A stretch of DNA of 64,000 nucleotides from Octopus sinensis (taxonomy: Eukaryota). Where the stretch lies: contig NC_042997.1 in the NCBI RefSeq assembly GCF_006345805.1, positions 168,640,001 through 168,704,000 on the forward strand, in the 5' to 3' direction. The translations under genes and the position numbers were made by a program. The notes under the pieces were generated by a model that saw nothing but the letters and a program-made list of their open reading frames with translations, was not told the DNA's origin and did not search any database. Of the stretch, positions 25,302-39,350 are shown one piece after another (position 1 is the stretch's first letter; every line of letters begins with the position of its first letter).

Positions 25302-25659
25302 AGAAATTCAAAGTGTAATGTCTCACATTATATTGTTGATCTCATATGTATGAAGAGGTTAAAGTCGTTGTAAAATACTTAACTCAATATCGTAAAGGCA
25401 TTGCTTGACAGGAAGATAAAAACTCCCATAACATATACGGGTAGCAAGGTATTATTGAATGCCATATATGATTTTGATTTTTTAATCGGATTGATCGCTG
25501 AGCAGAAATGAAGACAATTTTGAAAGGGTTTGGAAATGCGCTAAAAAGTTAAAAGAAACACGCAATTCTCATTCAAGAACACAAAAATTCCAAGGATGAA
25601 AAAAAAAAAAAAGATGTCTTGGAGAACTGGCAACAAAAGTTCTACAGGATTAAACTGTC

Positions 25660-25900
25660 AAAGACTGTCGTCGTACACCTACCTGTTAAAACTATATCTG
25701 TCTGGATAGGATCAATGCAGAAATGGAATCACGTTTTAATGGTAACGACCAAGAAATACTTGGCATATTTAGCTATATTATACTGTGTTCTGATACTTTA
25801 GGTGACTCAGATGAGCATCATTAGCTTGTTGCATCATATTATGGTGCTGATCTTAATCTCTTGAAGGCAGAAAAGGTAATCTACACAAAGTTTGTCACAG
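25660..25900 (+). mobile_element. hAT transposase C-terminal remnant
   Basis: NYICLDRINAEMESRFNGNDQEILGIF...VASYYGADLNLLKAEKVIYTKF resembles the LD.I..E...RF segment of hAT transposases. Confidence 0.45.
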
Positions 25901-26016
25901 ACCACATGCATCCATCAAGTCAACGGGTAAATGCAGGTGTTGTAAAGCACCTGCATAAAATATTGTGTCATATAGACAGAATGGTTCCTACCTTTCGCTT
26001 ATGCACGTGTGCATGT

Positions 26017-26055
<39 letters not shown>

Positions 26056-26262
26056 CGCGCGTGTTATAACGCTTACTCTTAGTGACTTAACTAATTTTTA
26101 GATACATTTTCTATTTACCATTGAAATAGGAATGTATTTCAAACTGATCAGAGACTTTGGCTTCTTTGGAAAAAGATATTTAACAACGACATCATATTCA
26201 GCTGCATGCCAAACTTTTATGCGCAATGGAGCAATGGACACGTTAAATATAATTTTAAAATA

Positions 26263-26333
<71 letters not shown>

Positions 26334-26733
26334 TTCCTTTTCAACGAATCCTGATTCGTTGGACGAATATCAGAAACAGGAAACTGCATTCAAATCCAGT
26401 TCCCAATTTCTGTTGGTTTGAATGGAACAAGAAGAAAAATTCTCTTTTCCGTCGCAGCTAGTTTTCTACTATGTAAAATTAAGCGTGATGTCCAAAAAGG
26501 ATATTGAGACGTGGATTTCAATGAATTAGAATCCACAATGCAAATGTATTATTCAAATTACCATTTTGTCTCTAAGTCACTTAAAACGAATTCGAATAAG
26601 CTTCCTTCTGAATACAAATGTTGCATCATATAAAGAATAAACATCTGAAATTATTGTATCGCTTATCGCATAGGGTTTAAAACTGAAGTTCTAAAGAACA
26701 GCTTAATTGCATCAGTCTTTCAGGACCTTTTGA

Positions 26734-27171
26734 GGATCTTTTCGGTTTGAACGGCAGTTTTTTCTAGCGGTGTCATATGAAATTGTCACCTATAATTATG
26801 ACCCTAGTATCGATCTGTTGCATTTCAATCTGTTTTAGGGCTAGGGCTAGTTAGGCTTAGGGTTAGGGGTGGGGGAAGGGTATCTTTTTTTCTTCACAAA
26901 TGTAAATAAACCCAATCTGTTTCTTAAACGAGGGACATATTCATACGGCACAGAATGTTTTTTTTTACGTCCTCAATGGACGTCATTGATTGGTTGAAAT
27001 TGCAGAAATTGAAGAAAAAAAACAACAAATATCTTACAAACTATAGAATTTTCTCAATAAAGCCAAGAGAAAAAGATGTTTTATAAACACATTCTACCAG
27101 TATACAAAGTTTAAAATTTTTTAGTTACCTAGAAATTATGTTAAAAACTGCCGTTCAAACCGAAATGATCT
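26734..27171. mobile_element. MITE with 8-bp TSD (Merlin-like), copy 1
   Basis: TIRs GGATCTTTTCGGTTTGAACGGCAGTTTTT / aaaaactgccgttcaaaccgaaatgatct and an exact TSD ccttttga. Confidence 0.9.
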
Positions 27172-28399
27172 CCTTTTGAGAATAAAACATCTCAGGGATA
27201 TCATCCATATGAAAAACGATAGGTAAGTTCACGCTTACATATTTAATATGTGTAAGTATTAGAAACTGGAGATAATTTTTATGGCGAGTTAAAAGATTAG
27301 CCGATGTTTTATTATCTTAGCAGGTAAAGTGGCAGAATCCATGCAGCATTTGTTTCGGTTCTTTACGTTCGGAGCGCCTGCCGGGGTCAACCTTGCCTTT
27401 TAGCCTTTCGGAGATCAATGAAATAAATAATAAAGTACCAGTGAAGTACTGGGGAGAGGGTCAATGGAATGGACTAATACCTTCAGCCAAAATTGTTGGC
27501 CATATGCCTACATTTAAAAAAAGTTAAAGTTCATATCCCTCTGGGTCAATTTTGCATGTCATCTTGTCGAGGATCGATAAAATAAAGCACTAGTCAAATA
27601 ATAAAGTCGATGCTAACGACCAAACGTCGGCCGCCTTGTGCCTATGCTGGAAACAATTGTTTTGGCAAGTATCAAACACAACATTGGATAAGTAGAAAAA
27701 TGTTTTAGTACAGCCGGTTTGGCGCCGCCTATCTTGGCGCCGCTAATTCGACGCTGACTTATTTGACATTAGGCGTTTTGATATTTCTCTCGTTCCTTCC
27801 CTCTTGTCTCCTCCCTTTCTCTGTCTCTCTCTCTCTCTTTTACTCTATTCTTCTCTCTGTTTATTTGTGTGAGTATATTTCTTTGTATGTGTATTACGAG
27901 ATGGTGAATTTTTAAGCCATTCATATTCAATCAACAAATTGTAACGTCTCTCTCCATCTCTCTCTTTCACTCTGTATGTGTATATATCTACGTGCACGGA
28001 TGTGTATGTGTGTGTATATTTCCATGTGTATTTGCTTTCAGTGTCAAAATGTAATTTCGCAAAAACAGACTTAGTTCCAGTCAACCGTGCCAACTCATCA
28101 GCGTCGAAACAGCTGCGCCCTATCTTCTCATTATGGCATCGGATATGCTTTAAGCATATTATAATCCCAACCAACCATTCTGTATTATTTTTATAATATA
28201 GGAAAAAGAAAGTTATTTCAACGGATATTTATAAACTAAAAAAATAGAATGAAATCAATGTAAATCTTTTTGTATCGATATATTAAGAAGTGCATCCACC
28301 TATTTTTAATATCTGAAATAATTTCACACACACACACACACACACAAATATAAATAAGTTAATTATTGCTCATAAAAGAAGCCGATGCATGTGAGTGTG

Positions 28400-28689
28400 T
28401 GTGTATAGAGAGATAGATCCATATATACACACATGTCTGTGTGTATATGTATGTTTATGTAATTAACTGAGTATTTGTATATGTCTCTGTCTCTGTCTCT
28501 CTCTCTCTATATATATATATACACACACACATATATAATGTACATATATGTATTTATGTATATGTATAATACATATATATATATATATATATCTATATAT
28601 ATATATATATAATATATATATACATATATATATATATATTATTATGTATACAGTTTGTATATATATATATATATATTATGTATACAGTT

Positions 28690-28732
<43 letters not shown>

Positions 28733-28758
28733 CTGTGTGTGTATGTTTGTGTGTGCAT

Positions 28759-28806
<48 letters not shown>

Positions 28807-28814
28807 TATATATG

Positions 28815-28845
<31 letters not shown>

Positions 28846-28857
28846 TATATATATATC

Positions 28858-28892
<35 letters not shown>

Positions 28893-28909
28893 TCTATATA
28901 TATAAATAT

Positions 28910-28952
<43 letters not shown>

Positions 28953-29440
28953 ATGTATATTTATATATATGGTGTGTGTGTGTGTATACATATCTGTATG
29001 CATGCATGTATGTATGTGTGTATGTATGTATGTATGTATGTATACATTGGCTTGCTTTATCGACAAAAAGTGAGCAACAGGTGTTTCTGAAGAGATATTT
29101 GGTGGATAAACACAAATTTTAAACAATTAAAAAAAGATAAAATACAATAAACGCTTCACTTGTTTCTCATTTTCAACAATAGAATGTTTTTATCTTTCAT
29201 TTTTTTTTTCTTTTGCACATCTATTTATCTGTGTGTGTGTGTTGCGCGCGCACACACACACACACATACATATATACAAACACACTTATGGAGAGAGAGA
29301 TACATACATACATACACACACATACATAGACAGGCAGACATACATACATACATACATACATACATACGGACACACGCATACACACGCATACACACGCATA
29401 CACACGCACACATACACACATATATACACACAAACACACA
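28400..29440. repeat. Large compound (TA)n/(TG)n/(TATG)n/(CA)n microsatellite field
   Basis: Direct reading. It accounts for the YIYI/HTHT/CVCV ORFs. Confidence 0.95.
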
Positions 29441-29816
29441 GAGGCACAGCATGGTCGAATAGTTAAGATGTTCGTTTTGTAATCATGTGACTCCAATTTC
29501 GTTCCAACGGCGTGACATATTGGGTAAACGCCATTTTGCATAACCTCAAGTTGATTGATCCATACTTTGTGAGTAAAATATTAGTAGGAAGAATGAGCAT
29601 AGAAGTCTCTCGGGTAGATTGCACATGTAATTAAAAAACAAAAGGTACAGATTTGACACACACACACACTGAGTCACGTCGATTCTACGTGAGAATTAGG
29701 TCAAAGGAACTAGCGTCCCTGAAATGCTCAGTAACTTACACGTTAATTCCAGAGCAGGTATTTCATTTAACAACTGAAAACCATCGGCAAAGATCCACCA
29801 ACGCACCACACACTCT

Positions 29817-29883
<67 letters not shown>

Positions 29884-29909
29884 CTATATATATATATATA
29901 CATATACAT

Positions 29910-30540
29910 GCTGTGCTTGAGAAGACTCGGCAAGCGCAAGTGAGACCATAACCTTGTGGTCTATGCCAGGGATGTAACCAGTTCACTTATGCATGCCTTT
30001 CCTTCATTGGACACTAAACTCTGCTTGCGAAGACCTGTTGAGGCAAGTGAAATCGAAATCAAATTCGATGACCGGCATCCGTGCTAGTGGAGCGCTAAGA
30101 GTACCATACGAGTTGAGATCGTTGCCAGAGCAACAAGCTGCCCTCCATGCCGATGGCACATTAAAAACACCATTCGAGCGCGATCGTTACCTGCGTCGCC
30201 TTACTAGCACTTGTGCTGGTGGCACGTGAAAAAACATTCGAGCAAGGTCGTTGCCAGTGCCGCTGGACTGGCTCCTGTGCAAGTGGTACATAAAAAGCAC
30301 GATTTGAGCGTGGCCGTTGCCAGTACCACCTAACTGCCCCCTGTGCTGGTGGTACGTAAAAGCACCCACTACACTCTCAGAGTGGTTGGCATTAGGAAGG
30401 GCATCCAGCTGTAGAAACTCTGCCAGATCAGATTGGAGTCTGGTGCAGCCATATGGTTCGCCAGACCTCAGTCAAATCGTCCAACCCATGCTAGCATGGA
30501 AAGCGGACGTTAAACGATGATGATGATGATGATGATGATG
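29910..30540 (+). mobile_element. RTE-related 3-prime end or RTE-tailed SINE with internal ~65-bp degenerate tandem repeats
   Basis: Repeated cgttgccag...gtgctggtggcacgt.aaaa units. Ends ggcattaggaagggcatccagctgtagaaac...ggacgttaaac(gat)n. Confidence 0.65.
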
Positions 30541-30544
30541 ATTG

Positions 30545-30576
<32 letters not shown>

Positions 30577-31236
30577 TATGTATATATAGTCCTGTACTCT
30601 GTTTTTTTCGTTGTTAAAAAAAGTCCGTTTCCTTGTTTGATTTTATGTTTTCGTTTCTCGTTGTGTTCTACGTTTATTTGTGGTGTCCTGTACTGATATA
30701 TATATATATATATTATATATATATATTATATATATAATTATATATATATATATATATATATATAGTATATGCATGTATATTACATATAGATGTAAGTATG
30801 TACATATATGTATGTATATATGCATATATTTTATTTATTTATTATATTGTTATCTATATATATATATATATAATGGAAAAATTATACGAAGTGTATAAAA
30901 AGATGATGAGTAAAGCACCGGCACAGTTTAGGTTACCTGTTGTTATCCGTAGATTTACTCCAGAAACTTCGCAGCGGCAGTTGGGATAATAGTATTAATA
31001 AAACAGGAGGTGGAATGTGTATAAGACTTTATGGAATATAACACGTCGTTCTGGGTCTCTTCGGATACATCAATAAAAAAAATTCACACCAGAGATTTCT
31101 TGTGTCGGCTGGCTTACCGCAATATGTCCATCAAATTCGAGATTTTTATTGATGTATCCGAAGAGAACCAGAACGACGGCTCGAAATATGTGCTGTACTC
31201 AAAGTCTAATACATATTTCATCTCCTATTTCATTAA

Positions 31237-31276
<40 letters not shown>

Positions 31277-31287
31277 TATATATTTTA

Positions 31288-33108
31288 CAATTGAGGGTAA
31301 AATTAATTAATTAATTAATTTCACCAAGTATTCAGTATGCAAAGGGACCATTTAAGGCGAATTCAAATTATTACATTATATAAAAGGGCTTAGTAAAATA
31401 AATTACTTTGCCGCATACTGAACTCATTAGAAATAGCAGCTAAAAAAACTTTTCTAGAACTATTTCCAATACTTAAAGAAAACCTCTCTCATATAGTGCT
31501 TGCTCAATTCAACCCACGAAAGTATGTGGGTAGAGACATTAAAAAAATCAAATGCAAAGGTTATTTGAGAACGTACGTTTCAAGATTAGTCAACTCGACA
31601 TTTCTATCATCAGTTCAGAACTCCCTGGTTTGGATTTGAAAACACTGAAAGTGGGAGCATACCCTTTCGGCTTGTTATCGCTTCTGAAGATCTGCTCGAA
31701 ACTAACAGTGCCAACAAATTCAAATATGCAAGCGAAGAATTTCTGCTCTCCTCTTTCCACCAGCGTGGGTTAAAATCAGCAAACACCATGCTTTTTTCGG
31801 TAAAATCCGAGGCATTATATAGAGAAAGATGAATTATAATTTTAACAATTGAGGGTAAAATTAATTAATTAATTAATTTCACCAAGTATTCAGTATGCAA
31901 AGGGACCATTTAAGGCGAATTCAAATTATTACATTATATAAAAGGGCTTAGTAAAATAAATTACTTTGCCGCATACTGAACTCATTAGAAATAGCAGCTA
32001 AAAAAACTTTTCTAGAACTATTTCCAATACTTAAAGAAAACCTCTCTCATATAGTGCTTGCTCAATTCAACCCACGAAAGTATGTGGGTAGAGACATTAA
32101 AAAAATCAAATGCAAAGGTTATTTGAGAACGTACGTTTCAAGATTAGTCAACTCGACATTTCTATCATCAGCTCAGAACTCCCTGGTTTGGATTTGAAAA
32201 CACTGAAAGTGGGAGCATACCCTTTCGGCTTGTTATCGCTTCTGAAGATCTGCTCGAAACTAACAGTGCCAACAAATTCAAATATGCAAGCGAAGAATTT
32301 CTGCTCTCCCCTTTCCACCAGCGTGGGTTAAAATCAGCAAACACCATGCTTTTTTCGGTAAAATCCGAGGCATTATAGAGAAAGAAAAGATTATAATTTT
32401 AACAATTGAGGGTAAAATAATTAATTAATTATTATTTCACCAATTATTCAGTATGCAAAGGGACCCTTTAAGGCGAATTCAAATTATTACATTATTAAAA
32501 GGGCTTAGTAAAATAAATTACTTTGCCGCATACTGAACTCATTAGAAATAGCAGCTAAAAAAACTTTTCTAGACTATTTCCAATACTTAAAGAAAACCTC
32601 TCTCATATAGTGCTTGCTCAATTCAACCCACGAAAGTATGTGGGTAGAGACATTAAAAAAATCAAATGCAAAGGTTATTTGAGAACGTACGTTTCAAGAT
32701 TAGTCAACTCGACATTTCTATCATCAGCTCAGAACTCCCTGGTTTGGATTTGAAAACACTGAAAGTGGGAGCATACCCTTTCGGCTTGTTATCGCTTCTG
32801 AAGATCTGCTCGAAACTAACAGTGCCAACAAATTCAAATATGCAAGCGAAGAATTTCTGCTCTCCCCTTTCCACCAGCGTGGGTTAAAATCAGCAAACAC
32901 CATGCTTTTTTCGGTAAAATCCGAGGCATTATATAGAGAAAGATGAATTATAATTTTAACAATTGAGGGTAAAATTAATTAATTAATTAATTTCACCAAG
33001 TATTCAGTATGCAAAGGGACCATTTAAGGCGAATTCAAATTATTACATTATATAAAAGGGCTTAGTAAAATAAATTACTTTGCCGCATACTGAACTCATT
33101 AGAAATAG
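31288..33108. repeat. Tandem array of a 557-558-bp unit (3 full copies plus one partial)
   Basis: caattgagggtaaaa recurs at 31288, 31846, 32403 and 32960. The identical 73-aa ORF at 31552/32110/32666 confirms the period. Confidence 0.95.
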
Positions 33109-33119
33109 AAACTCATTAG

Positions 33120-33383
33120 AAATCCAAACCAGGGAGTTCTGAGCTGATGATAGAAATGTCGAGTTGACTAATCTTGAAACGTACGTTCTCAAATAACCTT
33201 TGCATTTGATTTTTTTTAATGTCTCTACCCACATACTTTCGTGGGTTGAATTGAGCAAGCACTATATGAGAGAGGTTTTCTTTAAGTATTGGAAATAGTT
33301 CTAGAAAAGTTTTTTTTAGCTGCTATTTCTAATGAGTTCAGTATGCGGCAAAGTAATTTATTTTACTAAGCCCTTTTATATAA
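33120..33383 (-). repeat. Inverted partial copy of the 557-bp unit
   Basis: Reverse complement of the unit segment ttatataaaagggc...ccctggtttggattt. Confidence 0.95.
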
Positions 33384-33386
33384 AAT

Positions 33387-33421
<35 letters not shown>

Positions 33422-33430
33422 GTATGTATT

Positions 33431-33755
33431 ATCTTTTATCTTGTTTCAATCATTAGACTGCGGTCATGCTGGGGCACCACCTTGAATTTTTAGTCGACCG
33501 CATTACTTATTGTATCGGACTCTTTTGCCGATCCGCTAACTTTCGAGGACGAAAACGTACCAACACCGGTTGTCAGATGATGGAGGGAGACAAACATAAA
33601 TTACCTTCTTTCAGTTTTCGTCAACCAATTCCACTCACAAGGGTTTAGGGTCAGCCTAAAGCTGTAGCAGAAGGCACGTGCCCAAAGTGTCACGCAGTGG
33701 GAGTGAACCCGGAACCATGTGGTTGGGAAGCAAATTTCTTACCACACAGCCACGC
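33431..33755 (-). mobile_element. SINE family B, diverged
   Basis: Reverse complement of the family B head and tail. Confidence 0.8.
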
Positions 33756-33756
33756 T

Positions 33757-33788
<32 letters not shown>

Positions 33789-33891
33789 GTGTACGTCAGA
33801 GAAGTATTCATAAATAAAAGAGCACGCTTTTATATAACGGTAATAGAATGGGTATATCATTCAACTACGGTATTAGTTGAATAATATTCTT

Positions 33892-34104
33892 TTCTACTCT
33901 AGGCACAAGGCCAGAGATTTTTGGGGAGGGGCCAGTCGATTAGATCGACCTCCAGTACGCGACTGGTACTTAATTTATCGACCCCGAATGCATGAAAGGC
34001 AAAGTCGACCTCGGCGGAATTTGAACTCAGAACGTAAAGACAGACGAAACACCGCTAAGCATTTCGCCCGGCGTGCTAACGTTTCTGCCAGCTCGCCGCC
34101 TTTC
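33892..34104 (-). mobile_element. SINE family A (second tail type)
   Basis: 16-bp TSD gttgaataatattctt. Confidence 0.9.
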
Positions 34105-34954
34105 GTTGAATAATATTCTTAAGGCCGCAATTTACTCACACGCAGCACCTTTCAGAAGAACTTGTCGCTAATTCAGTTCTTAACCAAATTGAAAACTGTT
34201 AACATTTTTGAAGAGGTCTGGTCCCTAGCTACATTTTGGCTTTAAAAATTGAGGTTTGATCCATTAGAAAAAAGTTTATATCAAAATTTGTTGCAACGTT
34301 ATAGGAGAGTAAGGAAGACCACCAATCAAGTTTAGATCTAAATAACTTTTTTATTTATTTAAAAGCAAAATATATTTACCTTAGCTTCGATGATAGAAGA
34401 AAGCATGATGAATTTTATATTTTAGTTCCCATTCAACAAAAATTTTTATCAAAAACGTTGTGAAGTAAAATATTGTGAAAAAATATGTAATTAAGGCAAA
34501 AAAAATTGGATGTAAGTATAATTAACATTCTTATTTTAAAAACAAACTATATTTGAATTAAGCTTAAATGATAGAGGTCAATTCGAGGAAGCTCATGGTA
34601 TCAATCTCACGCAATGAAGTTTTAAAGGAAAAAAGTTATGAGTGTTTGTTTCTCAAATTTGAGGGTGATAATCTAGTTTTATACTTTTTTATGAAGGGGA
34701 CTTTTAATACATGTCAACGGCGTCATTGAGGTAAGGAAAAAAATTATCAACGACAACGCTAATTGACACATTTGACACATTATTAATTAGCATGATAGCA
34801 TAGCCTGGAAAAATCATGGATTAAATGGAAAGATGCGAGCAAGAGAAATAACATACTTAAGATTATAAACCTGGAAAATTACAGGACAAGTTATTACACA
34901 TGGAAAAGTTCAGGACAACTTATTACATCCATGTTTATTTATGTAATGCTATAG

Positions 34955-35363
<409 letters not shown>

Positions 35364-36572
35364 GAAGACGGACTGACAGAGAGAGAGCGAGAGCGAGAGA
35401 TGTGCATGTGTGTGTTGGTGTGTTTACGTCCCCGCAACTTAACGGTTCGGTAAAAGAGATCGATAGAATAAGTACCAGGCTTTCAAAAGAATAAATAAAT
35501 AAAATAAGCGCTGGGTCGATTCGGTCCACTAAAATTTTCCAAGGTGGTGGTACCCTAACATGGCCGCCGTCTAATGGCAGAAACAAGAAAATGACGTCTG
35601 ATATATGTTGAATACAAACGCATTTAATCGTGGCCCAGCATGGCTACCAATCCAATGGGCAGAACCAATAAAAGATTAAACATACATACATACATACATA
35701 CATACATACATACATACATACATACATACATACATACATACATACATACATACATACATGCATGCATACATAAACACGTGTATATACAAACGCATGTTCA
35801 TTAGTTATGTAATATGTTTAAATTTTAAATATGCTGTAGCAAGTAGATTCGTAGAGATTCATGAGCTCATATTATGTTGAAAACGAATGTGCTTGCGTTT
35901 GTGCTTGAACTTTTTGCATGCCTTTATATGTGCAACGATGATATGGGGAAAGTGTGTGAGAAAGAGAGAGAATGCAGGGAGAAAGAGAGACAATAATTTC
36001 GTTTGTAAATGAATGCAAAGGACCTGGCTTGCACAATATGCTTGCTCCGTTGCTTTACCTCTGATAACACACACACATATTATATTCGTGTAAGAATTAT
36101 TGCGTGTATTTCATTTTACTCGTTAGTAATGCTGTATTTAGTATGTGATTTTTGGGTGCACACTACTGTGTAGTGTGTATACATCTACTTGATGACCCAC
36201 AACCATAGACGCAGAAGTCATTTTTAATTATGTTTGGCGCCAGTATTTCCAACACCCATCCAACTTACATGCAGTCTGTCGGCATTGGCTGCGATCTTTC
36301 CATTGTTAACTAGTTTCATCACCCAAGACTAGAGGCGCCTCCATAAACACTTACTACTCGCCACACAGTATTCAAATTTTCGTACAAAATAAATAAATAA
36401 ATAAATAAATACATTTAGAAAGAAATAAAGAAAATGCTATCAATAGTTGCAGTTCAATCTACTAAATTCGGTTTGCGTCTAATAATCAGTAGAGTAGATT
36501 TTAAAATACTTGCAGGACTGATTGGAATCTTGTAGTATATCTGTCGCATAATTCATACGCAGCTACACTCAG

Positions 36573-36574
<2 letters not shown>

Positions 36575-36611
<37 letters not shown>

Positions 36612-36918
36612 CACGCACACAAGCATGTGCGCATGCACACAAGCGCGTGCGCATGCACACACATGTATGTATGCATGTATGTGTGTGTATGTGTGTGTGT
36701 GTATGTGTGTGTGTGTGTGCGTGCGTGTGTGTGTGCGTGTGTGTGTGTGTGTGTGTGTGCATTTAAGTTTATGTTTGTTTATATATGCATGTAATATATA
36801 CGGATATGTATATGAATACATAATACACACACACATACACATATAAACACACACACACACAATATATATATATATAAATAAATATTTATATAAATATAAA
36901 TATATATATATATATGTA

Positions 36919-36954
<36 letters not shown>

Positions 36955-36990
36955 TGTATGTATGTATGTATAAATACACACACACACACA
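36575..36990. repeat. Compound (CA)/(TG)/(TA)/(TATG) microsatellite
   Basis: Direct reading. Confidence 0.9.
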
Positions 36991-37544
36991 AGGTAGCGCT
37001 ACTACGCTATCTTAAAGATAGCGTTTTGGCACCGATTTACATATAGTGGTTCTTTAGAGTATATTTTTAAATGAGAGTAAGGGGAGAGGAGTAAATAGTG
37101 AAATTTGGATCGAGACGTGGAGAGTAATTGGCATGAAAAGGGAGAGAATCATAGACTGAGAATATATCATTGAACTAGGTATATTTATAATTGCTGTGGT
37201 TTAGCCCCAATTTTGACACTGATTGTACATATCTATGATGAAACCCTTCCAGCTATGAACATCCGCCTATTTTGTATATCAGGGATTACATTCTGTAATG
37301 TATCTTTCTTTTTTGAAGAATATAATTGTTTTGAGCTTTGACTACCATTTCTAACAAATCGATCGACTGCATTGAGACTAAGTTGTTGTTCAACTCAAAG
37401 TCATCCCTAATTGAACATACTTATGTTTCTGGGCCTTTCCCAGGAACATGGTACAGTACACCGAGTACCATATCATCCTGACTGTGGTACTCTTCCGGAT
37501 GATGATGTGTAATTTAATAAACGTGTTTGCTATTTGTATTATTT

Positions 37545-38149
37545 CGAAGGAATCTGATTAATAAGTATCCGGACAGTAACGAAGCTAAAGCACGCAACGT
37601 AAAACCGCTTAGCGCAGATTGACCTTGAACACTGCTGTGCATGCGCACAAAGTTTTAACGTTCTAGTTCACTTCCGCTATATACAGCAGTGCTTGGAAAG
37701 AAGGTGTGTAATGTGTGATCGTCGCATTGACCATGACAATGTTGAACTGAGAATCTGCATCAAATTTTGCCAAAAGCTTGGCAATACCTGCTCAGAGGCC
37801 TATGCAAAGTTTTCAAAATGTTTTCATCGTTCTCAACACAATCAAGGAGATCTTGTGCAACTGAAACCCGAGTGTCGTTTTGGTCAGCTGAAAGCAGTTT
37901 TGGAACAAACTTGGCAGACACACACATCTCATACCCAAATCTTCAGTAATAATGGACTGAACTGAACCATAACTAATCTGCACATCCTTTGATAACTCAC
38001 GGATGTAAACAGCGGAAGTGTGTTAGAACGTTAAAACCTATGTGCATGCACAGCTGAGTTCAAGGTCAATCTTTGTCGAGAGGCTTCACTCTGCGTGCTT
38101 TAACTTTGTTACTATGGCAATGGTCCGGATACTTATTGATCAAACTTCG
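37545..38149 (+). mobile_element. Mariner-derived MITE with long (~140 bp) TIRs
   Basis: gattaataagtatccggac...ttaacgttcta..cacttccgct is mirrored by agcggaagtg..tagaacgttaaaa...gtccggatacttattgatc, followed by TA. The internal ELRICIKFCQKLGNTCSEAYAK is a mariner transposase N-terminus. Confidence 0.85.
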
Positions 38150-38448
38150 TACATAGGAGTTCCTACGTTGACTAATGTCATTGAGAAAAGGTAATCAATG
38201 ACGTGTGTATGTCTGTGTGTGTGTGTGTGTGTGTGCATTGTTTGATGAGTATGCTTAAGTTTGACTGACATATGCTTATGTATGTATGTATGTATGTATG
38301 TATGTATGTATGTATATATGTATGTATGTATGTATGCATGTATGTGTGTTCGAGATATTCCTAAATATAAATCTCGATTCATCAGAAGTAATAACTTGCA
38401 TGACTTAATACAAATAAATGTAGAATATTCTTTAATACATTATAAATA

Positions 38449-38540
38449 GTGGAGGCGCAATGGCCAAGTGGTTAGGGTAGCAGACTCGCGGTCGGGGGAT
38501 CGCGGTTTCGATTCCCAGACCGGCGTTGTGTATGTTTATT
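38449..38540 (+). mobile_element. SINE family C, head only
   Basis: ggaggcgcaatggccaagtggttagggtagcagactcgcggtc...ggtttcgattcccagacc. Confidence 0.8.
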
Positions 38541-38569
38541 AATCATATTTTTTACTAGTTTCGATATCA

Positions 38570-39350
38570 TTGTTCTTTGGTGTTAGTATCTAATATCTTT
38601 TACATTTTTCTTGGCTCAGTCATTGGACTACGGCCATACTGGGGTACCACCTTAAAGGTATTAATCGAATTTATTCTATACTCTTTACTCTCTCTTTTAC
38701 TCTTTTACTTGTTTTATTCATTTGACTGTGGCCATGCTGGAGCACCGCCTTTAGTCGAGCAAATCGACACCAGGACTTATTCTTTGTAAGCCTTGCACTT
38801 ATTCGGCTCTTTTGCCGAACCGCTAAGTTACGGAGACGTAAAAATACCAGCATCGGTTTTCAAGTGATGTTGGGGGAAAACAGATACACAAACATATACA
38901 CACACATACATATATATACATATATACGACGGTCTTTCAGTTTCTGTTTACCAAATCCACTCACAAGGCTTTGATAGGCCCGAGGCCATAGTAGAAGACG
39001 CTTGCCCAAGGTATCACGCAGTGGGACTGAACCCCGAACCATGTGGTTGGTAAGCAAGCTACTCCTACGCTTATCGGTATTTTTTTTTACCGAATCGCTA
39101 ATTTACGGAAACGTAAACAAACCAACACCGGTTATCAAGCGGTACTGGGGAGGGTACATGCTCAAACACAAAGATATACACACACATACGATAATCTTCC
39201 ACACAGTTTCCGCCCACCAGATTCAATCATAAGACATTGGTCGAACCGGGACTGTAGTAAAAGACACGTATCCAAGGTGCCGCATTGTGGGACTGAGCCC
39301 GAAACCATGTGGTTGCAAAGCGAGTTTCTTGACCCGACAGCCATGCCTAC
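38570..39350 (-). mobile_element. Cluster of SINE family B copies (38570-38640 tail, 38690-39062, 39070-39350)
   Basis: Repeated reverse-complement family B heads (gggactgaa.cc...accatgtggttg) and tails. Confidence 0.8.

Noticed and set aside
26838-26870. TTAGGG-like run as an interstitial telomere
   Set aside because: Short, imperfect, and internal to a MITE present twice.
27845-28196. Protein-like ORFs on both strands (RSCFDADELARLTG...)
   Set aside because: No recognisable domain or clear exon boundaries. The minus-strand CTGATGA there is not followed by a proper GAAA.
31552-31773. 73-aa ORF repeated three times
   Set aside because: Identity reflects recent tandem duplication, and no motif is recognisable. 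It is not evidence of coding function.
33144-33156. CTGATGA-TA-GAAA hammerhead core
   Set aside because: Only 2 nt lie between the core strands, so there is no stem II.
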